64,000 nucleotides of DNA from Octopus sinensis (lineage: Eukaryota): contig NC_042997.1 of the NCBI RefSeq assembly GCF_006345805.1, forward strand, positions 183,396,001-183,460,000, written 5' to 3'. Shown in pieces: positions 1-12,002 of the stretch. A model generated the notes under the pieces. That model saw only the letters and a program-made list of their open reading frames with translations, did no database searches and was not told the DNA's origin. The position numbers and the translations under genes are program-made. How positions within the stretch are numbered: the first letter of the stretch is position 1; each line of letters begins with the position of its first letter.

Positions 1-291
1 CCACTGGCACAAGGGCCAGTCTGGCGGTACTGGTAACGACCACACTCGAAATGGTGTTTTTATGTGCCACCTGCACAGTAGTCAGTCCAGCAGCACTGGC
101 AATGACCTCGCTCGAATGTTTTGTTCACGTGCCAGTAAGGCGATGTGAACACATTGGATGAAAATACGAAACCTTGCAAATCTTTAGACCACAGATCAAA
201 GAATCTTTTTTAGTGTCTTCAATATACATGCTTGAACATAAAATTTAAACATTTTTGCATAATTGCTATAAACACCATAAATGCAACTTAC

Positions 292-425
292 TTTTTTCCG
301 ATGTTTACCCAGTAAGAATAAGCCAAGAACATAAACAACTTCCACTCGTTGTGCAAGATCTTCTGTTATTCGTAAACCTTGCTGAGTTTTTAAAGAGGAA
401 CCTCGTGCAGTAGCAACAGAAATTC
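292..425 (-). CDS. TRPC4AP: TRPC4AP coding exon 11 (GISVATARG...RVEVVYVLGLFLLGKHRKK); gene continues beyond window start
   Basis: CTTTGCAG acceptor, GTAAG donor, 134 nt; resembles KLEVLYVLCVLLMGRQRNQ. Confidence 0.9.
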
Positions 426-1088
426 CTGCAAAGATAAAAATGAAAATAAGAAATACAAAAGACAATGAAATAAGTACTATACTGTGTTAGCTCTAAATAC
501 TGAAATTATAAATCACACTCTAAATTTTTCCTTTCTTTGCAAAGAACCATCATTAATTCAAGAAACCGTCAGGAAGATTGCCCAGATCTTTTAGTCATCA
601 AAATGTATGTCTTATCCTACAACTGCCAGCAGATTGCTTTAAACAAAAGATTCCAGAAATAAAAATACTACACAAAAGATCTGTTAATGTAGAATATTTT
701 GGTGGAGGTCAGTCTGATTGAGCTGACCTATGATAAAAAATTCCAACCAATACACACACACACACACATGTAATGAACTGACAGAATTGTTACTATGCCA
801 GAAAAAATGCTTAGAGGCATTTCTAGCTTTACATCCTGAGTTCAATCAGATGCACACGCAAGAGAAAGAGAGGACAGTATTGGTAATGGACATGTGAAAC
901 ATATGGAGAATGACAGTTGTATAAAAAGTGTCATGTGCTCCAAAGTGAATGGTGTCTGTGGAAGAGGGAGATTGAGAAAAACATGGGAAGAAATAGTGAA
1001 GACTGCTCAAGGTGTTGCATTTGATAAGAGAAACGAGAAAGAACCATGTTGATTGGTGACAGTGCTGGAGAAGACTTATCCACTCATG

Positions 1089-1380
1089 TTGTTTATTCCT
1101 TCTCGAGCCATGCCTGGCTCATAAGGGCCGGTTTCCCCGTTTCTTTGGCGTATAGGTTCCCCACCTGGACAGGACGCCGGTCTGTCGCAGGTGAGCTGCA
1201 AGATGCAGGAGGAAAGAGTGAGAGAAAGTTGTGGCGAAAGAGTCAGCAGAAGTTCGCCATTACCTTCTGCCGGAGCCGCGTGGAGCTTAGGTGTTTTGTT
1301 CATAAACACACACACATCGCCCGGTCTGAGATTCGAACCCGCGAGTCCGCTGCTCTAACCACTAGGTCGTGTGCCTCCAC
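1089..1380 (-). mobile_element. tRNA-derived SINE family A
   Basis: A/B boxes (TAGTGGTTAGAG; GGTTCGAATC); near-perfect TSD TTATC/TCACTCATG at 1076-1088 and 1381-1393. Confidence 0.85.
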
Positions 1381-1979
1381 TTATTCACTCATGCAAGCAT
1401 AGTGAAATGAACATTTATAATGGAATAGAGGCAATAATGAAGGCTAAGCTACCTCCCTACCACTTTGATATCCTCTCCTCTATCACTTGATGTCCTATTC
1501 ACTATACTATAAATAAAGAGAGCAGTGGGTCTCACTGCTTCCAATGGACCTGTCTGACATCTAGTCACTGTACCATCCCACCAATGTAATGAAGAATATT
1601 AGACTTATTCATCTTCAATCCCCACCTACTACCATCCTTATCACTATTTAATTTGCTTATCACAAGGCATATGTATAAATGATTTTATCAGATCTTATAT
1701 CACATACGTTCTGCTATTACAATTTCTGTACTTCCAGCCATCACTCCCTCTCCCCTGGACTTGTTATTGACAGTCATCACTCACTCTCCCCTCTCTCTAA
1801 CATCTTAAACTTGCTCCCTTCACCTAGTTACCGTGATTTTTTTTTTAAATGGCTAACATTCTTCTCACAATAAAAGATACCATCAATTTACTTCTAGCCA
1901 TGAAATATATTATTTAGATTAATATGAGGAATTTCATAATTCCTGACAAAATCAAAATAACTATTACAAACCAACGTAC

Positions 1980-2105
1980 CACCAACAAAATCTTCAAATT
2001 CATCAGTATTTGCATCTTCTGATAAGTCATCATCATCCATTTGGTTTTCTATCCATTCCATCCAACAATCTAATTCACTTACAAAACCTGGAAATCTTGG
2101 TGTAT
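1980..2105 (-). CDS. TRPC4AP: TRPC4AP coding exon 10 (YTPRFPGFVSELDCWMEWIENQ...EDFVG)
   Basis: TTTTTAG acceptor, GTACGT donor, 126 nt; FVSELDCWMEWIEN resembles FLQELEEWYTWLDN. Confidence 0.88.
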
Positions 2106-2558
2106 CTAAAAACGACAAAATAAACAAAACAGTATTAAACCATTTAAATTAAAAAGCAGTATACACACACACACATATTTTTTCTAATGTTTATAAGGAG
2201 TTGAATTTTATTCTGCATTTTTAAATGCATTTCTCAGACAACTTTTCATAGTTCCTCTGTTAGAACCTGTGTCAACTGTACAGATTCGTACAAGATGAGT
2301 TAAGTACCTTGCTTCAGAGCACAGAGACAATGATTGTAATAGTAAAGTTTAAAATCTTGTAATCCATAACCTCACATTGCTGCACGAATTACTAATATTA
2401 ATGATTGTGAGATTTGCAGAGATTAAACAGTTTAAATTTGACCAGTAAATCATAGGAACAAATAAAATTGCAGCAAGTTCCTATGTTGAACAATAAATAT
2501 GAACAAAATTAAATTACAACAAATAACTTATATGAAAACAAAAATTTATTACACTTAC

Positions 2559-2627
2559 AATCTTTTGCTTTTGAAACTGTGATATTAACCAATCTTGGCA
2601 GTAATTCTGGTATTCCTAAAAGAAGTT
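2559..2627 (-). CDS. TRPC4AP: TRPC4AP coding exon 9 (ELLLGIPELLPRLVNITVSKAKD)
   Basis: GTTTCAG acceptor, GTAAG donor, 69 nt; resembles LLSIPGFVERL. Confidence 0.88.
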
Positions 2628-3154
2628 CTGAAACAGAATACAAATATAGATCAGTTATAGACCATACAAATATGGTCTATAATTGCTATGTGCATTATTG
2701 ATCAATGCTTACTTACATGAATTTTATGTTAATATTCATTTAGATTTCTTTAGACAATACAAACATTCCATTAATAATATTCATTATGTACACAAATACA
2801 TATAAAACATGAGGTTATGTGGTGTTCATGGCTTTCTCAAAAGCATTCATGGTGTACAGAATTGATTTCAGTCATAAACTAAATTAAATGGGAACTAAGC
2901 TTTGTTCAGTTATTGGCTGGTGTTAGACACAAGACCGATTTTTTGTAAGGTGAGAAAACAATTGAATGAAACCTTTCAGTATTCTAATGATTGATATTTG
3001 TGTAGTTAATTCTAGAAAAATGAAATACAGTCTACCTTGGCAGGATTTGAACTCAAAATATGGAGGAATGAGGATTAAATGTTGTGAAGCAATAAATTTG
3101 ACATTCTATTGCTTCTGTCAACTTCATTCCATAAAAATATCAATTTCTAACATG

Positions 3155-3322
3155 TAAAAAGCACCCACTACACTCTCGGAGTGGTTGGCATTAGAAAGGG
3201 CATCCAGCTGTAGAAACTCTGCCAGATCAAGATTGGAGCCTGGTGCAGCCATCTGGTTCACCAGCCCTCAGTCAAAATCATCCAACCCATGCTAGCATGG
3301 AAAGCGGACATTAAACGATGAT
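3155..3322 (+). repeat. RTE-3'-end-derived short repeat (representative copy)
   Basis: AAAAGCACCCACTACACTC...GGCATCCAGCTGTAGAAAC...CCAACCCATGCTAGCATGG...GATGAT. Further copies at about 1-150, 3690-3912, 12605-12945, 14140-14627, 19455-19572, 30917-31085, 36160-36460, 38810-39025, 53990-54520, 55979-56339, 56930-57355, 62730-62968, 63797-64000. Confidence 0.85.
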
Positions 3323-4612
3323 AAGATTAGGTTTTGTAGGACAGTACAGTTCATAAAGATGAATCCCAGTTCCTGACTCGTACTCATTGATTATGAAAGG
3401 AAGACAAAGCTCATCTTCACAGGATCCAAAATCATAAAGAAATTTATCTCAATACCACATGTATTTTGTCTGATGCTTTACCAACCAATTCCTCATCATA
3501 ATAAATCTGACAAAACATACTGGGCCAGCTATGCTTTGATGGGACAATGTTGCAGTATTCTGATGCAGAGGGTACAATGTGGAAGTTTGAACATTTAATC
3601 TGGTTTTTTAATCCTTTTCTGGGTTTTTTTCTGGCATTGAACTGTGACCATGGTAGGGAACTATTTACCAAAATAGAGTTTATTATATTATCATCATCAT
3701 CATCATTTAATGTCCGTTCTCCATGCTAGCATGGGTTGGACGGTTCGACCACAGAAGGCTGCACCAAGCTCCAGCCTGATCTGGCAGTGTTTCTACAGCT
3801 GGATGCCCTTCCTTACGCCAACCACTCAGTGAGTGTAGTGGGTGCTTTTTACGTGCCAGGCGAGGCTGGCAATGGCCACGATCAGATTGGTGCTTTTTAC
3901 GTGCCACCAACCTCAAAGATGAAAGACAAAGCATACCCAGCTGGGATTTGAGCTCAGGACACAACAGAATCTAATCAAATACCATGTACTATTTGACAGA
4001 TGTTCAACCATTTGATTCTGAATGTTTAGAGGTGTTAGAACCGATTGTAACAAGATGGATTTTATATGTTTAGAGATGTTAGTAATGATTGTAATAAGCT
4101 GTGATTCCCTCTGTTTTTATCATATGATTGATTGCAGTTGAATTTAGATGTAGAGACACATGGTATAGCTTTGTGTGCGTTTGGTGTACAAGCATGTGCT
4201 TATGCATGCTTTATGTGATATTAGCAATGACATCTAACTGCACAGAACACACACCAAAAGTTCATAACTTTGAACATACAAATCCTCAAGTTCTATAGAG
4301 AGTGGGGATCAATGTAGTTTTAATTTATCAAGAGATAAATACAATTTCTATATATTTTATAAAAAGGAGATGGGGAAAGGTTTTCTGCAGTAAAAAAGAA
4401 ATGAAAACCAAAATACTGAAATTTATCAATTCATACTCTAATCTGGCTCAAATATAAAATGCAAAAAGTTATTCAAACTTTTGGTAGTTTCTTCAATATA
4501 ATTTTTGTCTGCTTTTTTCTATGCTGGCATGGATTGGATAAGACATGAATAATAAAACAAAAAAGCTAAAATTAATAATTACTCAAAGTAAATTATAATA
4601 AAGCAGACAAAC

Positions 4613-4675
4613 CTTGATTGACATCCCTAATATTCACAAAACCATTACTTCGCTTTTGTTTATTCTGTGCAAATA
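4613..4675 (-). CDS. TRPC4AP: TRPC4AP coding exon 8 (LFAQNKQKRSNGFVNIRDVNQ)
   Basis: CTATTTCAG acceptor, GTTTGT donor, 63 nt, phase 1/1; resembles LLAKNAQQKK...EINQ. Confidence 0.88.
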
Positions 4676-4753
4676 CTGAAATAGAGACGGTAAAAACAAC
4701 TTTGAAACGGAATGTGTAGAAATATTTAGAGAAATTGTTAGGACAAATATTGT

Positions 4754-5035
4754 TTGTTCCTTCTCGAGCCACGCTTGGCTCATAAGGGCCAGTTTCCTGG
4801 TTTCCTTGGCGTATAGGTTCCCTACTTGAACAGGACGCCAGTCCGTCGCAGGAGGAAAGAGGGAGAGAAAGTTGTGGCAAAAGAGTCAGCAGAAGTTCGC
4901 CATTACTTTCTGCCGGAGCCACGTGGAGCTTAGTCGTTTCACTCATAAACACATACATTGCCCAGTCTGAGATTCGAACCCATGATCCCTCGACCGTGAG
5001 TCCGCTGCTCTAACCACTAGGCCATGTGCCTCCAC
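4754..5035 (-). mobile_element. tRNA-derived SINE family A
   Basis: Same family; 14-bp TSD AGGACAAATATTGT at 4740-4753 and 5036-5049. Confidence 0.9.
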
Positions 5036-5606
5036 AGGACAAATATTGTCCTAAAGTAAATCTGCCATAAAATATGCAATCCAAACTTAGATATGCAAGT
5101 GGCAGGACATAAACCTCTCTAAATATTATGTATTTAAAAATGTCATTTATCAAAAATATCACAAATTTTTGTTGTCATCTCGCCTCAGTTCAGCTCTAAT
5201 CAATCAGATCTGTGATTGAAAATGTTTGAGTCATGGCCATTTCATATTAATTCCAGAAAGTGTACTTAAGTTACTTTATCCAGTAAGTGTGTGTTTAAAG
5301 ATAGAACATGATTTGGCTAACAAGCTGAGCAGCCAAGCAGAAGCTCCCTGATTGGCTCATATCAATTTGTACAAATATCACTAGCACAGACAAGACAAAA
5401 GGTTGATAAATTTCAATGAAACAAACAAGTAAAAATCTCGCCTGTGACCCATATGATATACAAATACAGCCAAATTTTTAGGGACATGGGTTATAGCTGG
5501 AACTTAACCTTGGAAAAATGAAAGACAAGGCCATCTCAGAATGTAAAGACGGGATTTAAGATTATAGGACCTTTAGTCTAGTTCACAAAATGCCATTAAT
5601 ACTTAC

Positions 5607-5717
5607 ATGAAGATTTATTTTCATAAATATCTAAATCAGATATAGTAATTGCAAGAATTCGGCAGAAGTTGGCCAACTCCCCATCACTTAGACAAGATAT
5701 TAGACCTGGCAAATTAT
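5607..5717 (-). CDS. TRPC4AP: TRPC4AP coding exon 7 (HNLPGLISCLSDGELANFCRILAITISDLDIYENKSS)
   Basis: ATTTCAG acceptor, GTAAG donor, 111 nt; LANFCRILAITISD is nearly identical to recalled TRPC4AP LANFCRILAVTISE. Confidence 0.95.
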
Positions 5718-6247
5718 CTGAAATATAGAAAGTAACCAACAGATACTAAAATTGTACCAGAATATGATTGTTGAAACCTAAAGTGATTTCTAACTGAATG
5801 ATATAGATACAAGAATTAACTAGCTCAATGTATTACAAAAAGGGCCAAAAGTTAAGCAAAGTATGTTTATATACTAATTTACAGGTCACAGAAATAGTCT
5901 GAAAAATCTTTATAGTAAGCATATGTAACCTTTTTTGCAAAGTAGACTGCATAAGACAAGACTCGCTATCAGTAGATCTGAATTGACCCATACGATAGTC
6001 ATTCAATAAACACTTGCTCTATCACCTCATTCTATCAACTATTTAATAAGAAAAAGAAATAATTCATTACAAGAAAATGAATGTTCTTAAATCAGTTTCT
6101 CTTTAAATTTTATGCATTCCAGAACAAATGGTGTTTGTTATCAAGGTAAAACAATATTTTTACTATTTCATGTGAGTTATAAAATCTTTTAATGCATTCT
6201 AGCCTGGGTTGATCAGACAATCACTTGTCTTAGTGCATAGATATTAA

Positions 6248-6458
6248 CCCTTTCGTTACCAACCCGGCTCTCTTTCTGAGTACAAATGTCTTGTTTTCAT
6301 AAGTTTTGAATTAAAATCTTCCACCAAACCTTAGTCACAATTTATGTTCCTAACACCAGCTTAATGATAACTAAGTAATTTTACTAAATTCTTTGTTATA
6401 TTTAAAGTAATTGAAAGAAAAATCAGAGCATCTCAAAATAAATACAGTAACGAAAGGG
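6248..6458. mobile_element. piggyBac-type MITE
   Basis: TTAA on both sides; perfect 12-bp TIR CCCTTTCGTTAC. Confidence 0.85.
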
Positions 6459-6631
6459 TTAAAGTCGTTAATCTATATTGTGAATCAATAATGCTCAATG
6501 CACACCAACAGATGAAATTGTTTCTTTGAGCAAAAGATGAATCAGGAACTGTTAAATATTTAAATGCAACAAAAATGGTCAAAATACTTCAGCAAAACTA
6601 ATAATAAAAGTTAAGCATTTCAAAAACTTAC

Positions 6632-6791
6632 GTATTTTATGTAAATCCAAAACTTCCTGCCTCATCTGCAACATATCCTCAAGCAACTGACAAGCTGCTA
6701 TAAATGTTTTCTTTTGGGCTAACAGTGTAAAAATATAGTTCAAGATATCATCTTTTGAAAGCACTCTTGATATTACTCTTTCCCCTTTTGG
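6632..6791 (-). CDS. TRPC4AP: TRPC4AP coding exon 6 (PKGERV...YIFTLLAQKKTFIAACQLLEDMLQMRQEVLDLHKI)
   Basis: TTTTGTAG acceptor, GTAAG donor, 160 nt; matches recalled TRPC4AP FLFTLMTSKKTFLQTATLIEDIL. Confidence 0.92.
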
Positions 6792-7309
6792 CTACAAAAT
6801 ACAAAAAACATAGAAACCTTAAGAAAATAAATCTATTTTTACATTATCTTCAATACACAATTTGAATAAGAAATACGATTTTTATCTCTCTTACATTACA
6901 CACACACACACACACACATAGGATTAATACTCTATTTTAATTATGCAAGCTTAATAAATAAAACTGCTTGATATTCAAGAGAAAATATGTGAATTAAGAT
7001 AGTCATCACTCTTTTTACTAAGTGAAGTGATATAAGAATTAATCATGAATAATTAATTCTATAAACTCATCAGTAGAAAAATTTGCTTTATACATTATGG
7101 TACTCAGTATGTATTAACTAGAAAAATGAAAAAAAGCATAATTAAAATAAATTAATAAGAGTCACATTTCTTAATCTAGTCCTCAGTCAATTGCTTTCAT
7201 CACTAACAAAGTGGGCTTGAATAATTCATCTAGAGGAATTCCTGTAGCCATTGAAGATTTCAATTAGTCAAAAAGAAAAAAATATATTACACATAAAAAG
7301 TATACTTAC

Positions 7310-7374
7310 AGTTGAGATAATTTTAATTAAAATTTCTAGACACAAACTCTTTGCTCGTAACACATGCTCTGAAT
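7310..7374 (-). CDS. TRPC4AP: TRPC4AP coding exon 5 (DSEHVLRAKSLCLEILIKIIST)
   Basis: TTCTTTTTCAG acceptor, GTAAG donor, 65 nt, phase 1/0; CLEIL resembles CLSIL. Confidence 0.85.
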
Positions 7375-7399
7375 CTGAAAAAGAATCTTATAATTAACT

Positions 7400-7897
7400 A
7401 TCTATTATAATTTTATAGTTATGTATATCCTCTGACGAGGCCTTTGGTTATTTAAACGGACAAATATAATCTTTAATGCCTAAGACAATACTACAATGGC
7501 ATATATGGGCAATGTAAGTTGAATTGTCTCTTGACCATAGGCTGAAACAGCTGTAAGGAGCAGTTTATTTGTATTATTTTTATTATTAATTTGCATATTA
7601 ATGTATATTGTTCTGTTCGATTTTCATGTTCCTATTTGTTTAATTGATAAATAATATGAAATTGTAATATCCGTAAGTTGATGATCGAAATGAATTTGTT
7701 CCTCTATTTTCTTATTTGTATTATGAATTTACGGTAAAATATTTTTACCTTCACCCATTCAATACAATAAATGAATTAATTGCATTGCAATTATAAGCAT
7801 TTATGTATTTAGTATTTGGGTACTTTACCAGCAGTATATTGGATAACTGATATCCCATAGTGGGTTACCTTCATAACCCCTATCTTACTTTGTACTA
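7400..7897 (+). mobile_element. Non-autonomous Penelope-like element ending in (TA)n
   Basis: Carries the hammerhead motif; its 3' ~240 bp recur at about 57470-57705; AT-rich, non-coding; 5' boundary approximate. Confidence 0.55.
7428..7559 (+). ncRNA. Type I hammerhead ribozyme motif (Penelope/retrozyme type)
   Basis: TCCT-CTGACGA-GGCCTTTGGTTA...TGACCATAGGCT-GAAA-CAGCTG-TA-AGGA: core boxes, 12-bp stem II with one mismatch, palindromic short stem III, GUA site, 4-bp stem I. Confidence 0.75.
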
Positions 7898-8398
7898 TAT
7901 ATATATATTTTCCTTTAGAATAACGGTATTTGTGATGGGGGTAGAAGTTAATTCAAAGAAATCATACAACTTATAAAAAGAAAAAGAAAAATCTATTCCT
8001 CCCTTTTGCATGAATCAGTTAACCAAGTACTACCTGCCAATAGTATAGTTTAGAGAACTAGTGAAACCAATATTTAACATTGATCATTTAAATAAAACAT
8101 GGCTATAAATTTCACAATCTCCATTCTTGTAGGATTTGAATGGCAATCTAAAAATCCAGACAGTGACATAAAGCTAATGGAATATGACAAGGCTATGAAT
8201 GAGAAGTCAGCACTTTAATCCTTTCATTAACTTTTCTTAGTGAAAGTTTAAAAATTCCCATTATCTTCTGAATGTAAAATGGCTAGCTAACATTAGAGAA
8301 AAATTACTTAAGGGGTGGAAAAAACCCCCAGGTAAAAATTGATGTATCAGAATAATATTTGTATCAAAATATTAGTTAATTCACGAGATGAACCTTAC

Positions 8399-8459
8399 CT
8401 GGACAACTGAGAGAATCACTTGGGAATAAAGAACTAAAGGTCAGCAAGCGTAAAATTAT
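8399..8459 (-). CDS. TRPC4AP: TRPC4AP coding exon 4 (IILRLLTFSSLFPSDSLSCP)
   Basis: TTATTTTGTAG acceptor, GTAAG donor, 61 nt, phase 0/1 consistent with neighbours. Confidence 0.8.
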
Positions 8460-9345
8460 CTACAAAATAAAGAAATAGCTTTTATTTTTCTTCCAGAAAG
8501 TTAATATAGTAAGTGTATATGATTAGAAAATTCACCAAGTAAAATCATTTCTCTAGGCATAAGGTAAAATTTCATGAGAGATAAAATATATACAATTTAA
8601 TTAATTCCAATATTTTATTCCTATTTTTAATCTTAGAAGAATGGTGAAGTTGAATCCCATGTTCTGTTTCCTTCAACTTCATCACTAAATATTGTTTCCC
8701 TAGTAAATCTTTTGAACTTCAAGGACAAATGCAAACAGTAAATACTATGTAGTCAGTTTAGTACGCAAATAGAAAAAAATATCAGCAAAATGTGAAGCCT
8801 AAAAATTTTGTAGTTGAACTCAAAAGACTCAAGGCAGTCATAAAATGACATTGCCCAGTATGAGAAAAGAATTTGTTACTTTGCTATCAGTGAAAGCATT
8901 ATCTGCACAAAAAAAGTAACATTTTGAGCAGCCTATAATGACAATAAAGGGAATTTTCAGCATCCAAGCAGTATGTTGATATACTGTCTAATAATCAATC
9001 TGAAGAGGAACTGAAAGGCTGGAAGGTAAGTTACTGAATGGGAAAAAATACATTTTAAGGTAACATCTAGTTTCAGATGAGCTTCAAAAGTATCAAGGAA
9101 TTAAATGTCTCATGAAGCTCTCAAGGAATAATATCAAAAATAACAATATATTGTGAAAGAAAATATAGTTATAAAAAGATGGTTGAATTAAGAAAGTAAT
9201 AATTGTGTAGAAATAGTGTTTTCTTTCAGCATTTTTGCTTGAGTATTGGACAAGAAAAGATATACAGCTAAAAAATATTTACTTAAAGATCTTTAAAAAT
9301 GAAAAGAAAAGATTATAAATTTAAAGAAATGCTAATGCATCATAC

Positions 9346-9456
9346 CTCAACTCCATTATATTCGTAGAAGATCTGTGCAAATTTATCCACACTATCATCA
9401 TATAAGTCATCAGCTGCTCTCCGAGGATGAAATGAAACTAGTCGACCGGTAATTTT
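9346..9456 (-). CDS. TRPC4AP: TRPC4AP coding exon 3 (KITGRLV...QIFYEYNGVE)
   Basis: CTTGTACAG acceptor, GTATG donor, 111 nt; IFYEYNGVE resembles IFDLFGGVD. Confidence 0.85.
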
Positions 9457-9836
9457 CTGTACAAGGAAACATCATGAAAACAATATGTAAATAGGTGCAA
9501 CATGTAAGGTTAAACTTGTTATCTTTAGATTCTGTACGTACTGAGTTAAAAATTTAGCACTAACCACAGCATCTGCTGCATGTACAAGTATTAAGTGTAA
9601 TTAATGTCTAACATTATGAGAGGAGTTTCAAATGAAGATTTTCTGGATTTAACCTCATTATTCCAAAATACAGGGTATTGAGGTCTTTATCCAGTAAGCC
9701 ACAAGCACACCTGAATTAAGTGTAATATCTTTTCTTTAATTAGATTTAATATTTTAATAAATTTTGTATTTTCTTATTCTTTACAAAAAAAAAAAACAAG
9801 TTTGAACAAAAATAGAACAAAAGAAATAATACAAAC

Positions 9837-9968
9837 CTTCAGAATTTGAAAGCATTTGTCAATATTTTTTTCCAGAAATATGCTAACTTCATCAAGTTCA
9901 ACTATGTATGTGAATGCTTTTTCACAGTTCAGTTTATTTCCTGCTAACTGAATAACTGAGTGGGGCAG
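9837..9968 (-). CDS. TRPC4AP: TRPC4AP coding exon 2 (LPHSVIQLAG...DKCFQILK)
   Basis: TTTTTTTCAG acceptor, GTTTGT donor, 132 nt, phase 0/0; ends like TRPC4AP ECQNILK. Confidence 0.85.
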
Positions 9969-10329
9969 CTGAAAAAAACAGATATATATATATATATATA
10001 TATTAGAGAGAGTTAAGTCAAAAACCAATATATTTTAATACATCTTGGTTACTGATTTGCAATTGTACCATTTTGGATAATAAAATATATATTATGCACA
10101 ATATATATATATATATATAAATATATCATCTTGTTGATTACCCTGTTTTTAATAACACTGACAGGCCATCAGATTAAAAACAATGTATTTTTGGTTCTTA
10201 AACTTTCTAAAATTGAAAAAAGGTTAAGATAGAAATAGCAATATTCAAGAGTATAATTTCTTATTAAATCACAAACTATAGAATGAAAAAATAGAAAAAT
10301 AAAAAACAAAAAAAAATTCAACTCATGAA

Positions 10330-12002
10330 ATTCAATTTGTATTCATTGAGTCTGCCGTCACTGGAGCCTCTTCAGCGCATTCCATTTGTTTCTTCTTATT
10401 CTGATGTTTGGTCCACATTAGTTTTCTTTGTTAAAAAAAAATTATCTAAAGTTGTTTGTTGAAAAGATTTCTTTTTCATTTCACGATAACAAGCAGGACC
10501 TCTCAAATTTGCAGCAACAACTAGCTTTTTTCAAAATTGGCATCTTGCTGCTCAAAGATTTATATTGCTTTTTCAATGTGAAGAAATGCTTCATTTAGCT
10601 TTTTTTGGCAGAGAAGCATCTTTCAGGCGATTCTTCATGTTCAAACTATTCCATTTCTAGTAATTCTTTATATGTGATTTCATTACTGTCAACATAAAGA
10701 GCTTCTTTAACATCTTCAGGTGAAATTTCAAAGTTCAATTCCTTTGCAATTGTGTCAGTTTCTTTTTGAAGCCCTTCATGAAGATTATCAAATCCTTCAA
10801 AATCATCAGTTAAATTGGAACAGAGATTTTTCCAAATTCCTTTCATGTTCTTTACAACGATTTTATCCCATGCTTTCTTTACCAATTTTATTGCATCAAG
10901 GAAGTTGAACTCTTCCAAAATTCTTGAATCATAGGACCATTTTCTTTATCAGTCACTTTGAGGAGTCTTTCAAAGGTGAAACAGAGAAAGTAAGATTTAA
11001 CCAATGAAATGGATCCTTGATCGATAGGCTGTAATAAAGATGTTGCACTGGGATGTGAAAAAACATTAATATTTTGATGGTGATGCTTTAAAAATGCAGC
11101 ATGACTGGGGACATTATCAAAAGAATCTTGAAAGAAATTTTTTTATTCTTACAATATTTTTCTACTTCAGGAACAAAGTGATTAGAAAACCAATCTTCAA
11201 ATAGAGTTCCTGTCCCAGATTACAGGAAGTTTTGTCTTATCAATTCCTTTTCAAGCACGGAGGTTTTCAGATCGATAAATAAGCATGGGCTTGAGTTTGC
11301 AGTCCCCTTCACAGTTTCCTTTCAGAAGCAATGTTATCTTATTTTTTGTAGCTTTGAATCCTGGCATTGATGATTCTTCTCTCACAATTAAAGTCCTTGA
11401 AGGCATTCGTTTTCAAAATAGGCCCGTCTCATCCACATTAAATATCTGAGATGCTATAAAGCCTTCTTCAATCAAATCTAATTGGTGAGGAAAAGTTTCT
11501 GCAGCTTTTTGATCTGCACTAGACAATTTTCCTTGGATCTTCACATTGTGTAGATTTGCTCATTTTTTTGAAATGATCAAACCAACCATTGCTCACTACA
11601 AATGTTTCATTTGATCCATTGGAGTTATCCTTAAGCAAGTTAAGGGAACTTGCGCTTTACTGCAAATTATAGCCTGACTAAGTGGCATAGGAAGTCTATG
11701 AATTTGATTGTTATTCCAAGCTGTCAAAAGATTTTCTGTGTGAAATTAAACTTTCATTATCTTTTCTTTGTAACCAAGTTGAATTTAGAGAGTGACTTCC
11801 TTTTATTTTGTTTAAATAATTTTCCTTTTGCTTCAAGATGGTACAAACAGATGAAGTAACCATATCAAGTTTTTTTTTGATAAATCTTTAACAGTTGCAC
11901 CCTTTTTGTATCATTTAACCAATTTATATTTTATTTCTAAATTGCTTGACGTTTCTTCTTGTCCTTGCTTTGCATCTCAGAATTCTTTCTTTTTGAAGCC
12001 AT
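10330..12002 (-). pseudogene. Tigger/pogo transposase relic in TRPC4AP intron 1
   Basis: MASKRK start, SNGWFDHFK, IFNVDETGLF, ENLRA, LQPIDQG, QTTLDNFF C-terminus; many frameshifts. Confidence 0.85.

Noticed and set aside
1894-2127. ORF-track proteins taken as stand-alone genes (also 196-465, 6579-6764, 9774-10028)
   Set aside because: They are TRPC4AP exons with intronic read-through; true boundaries are set by splice sites.
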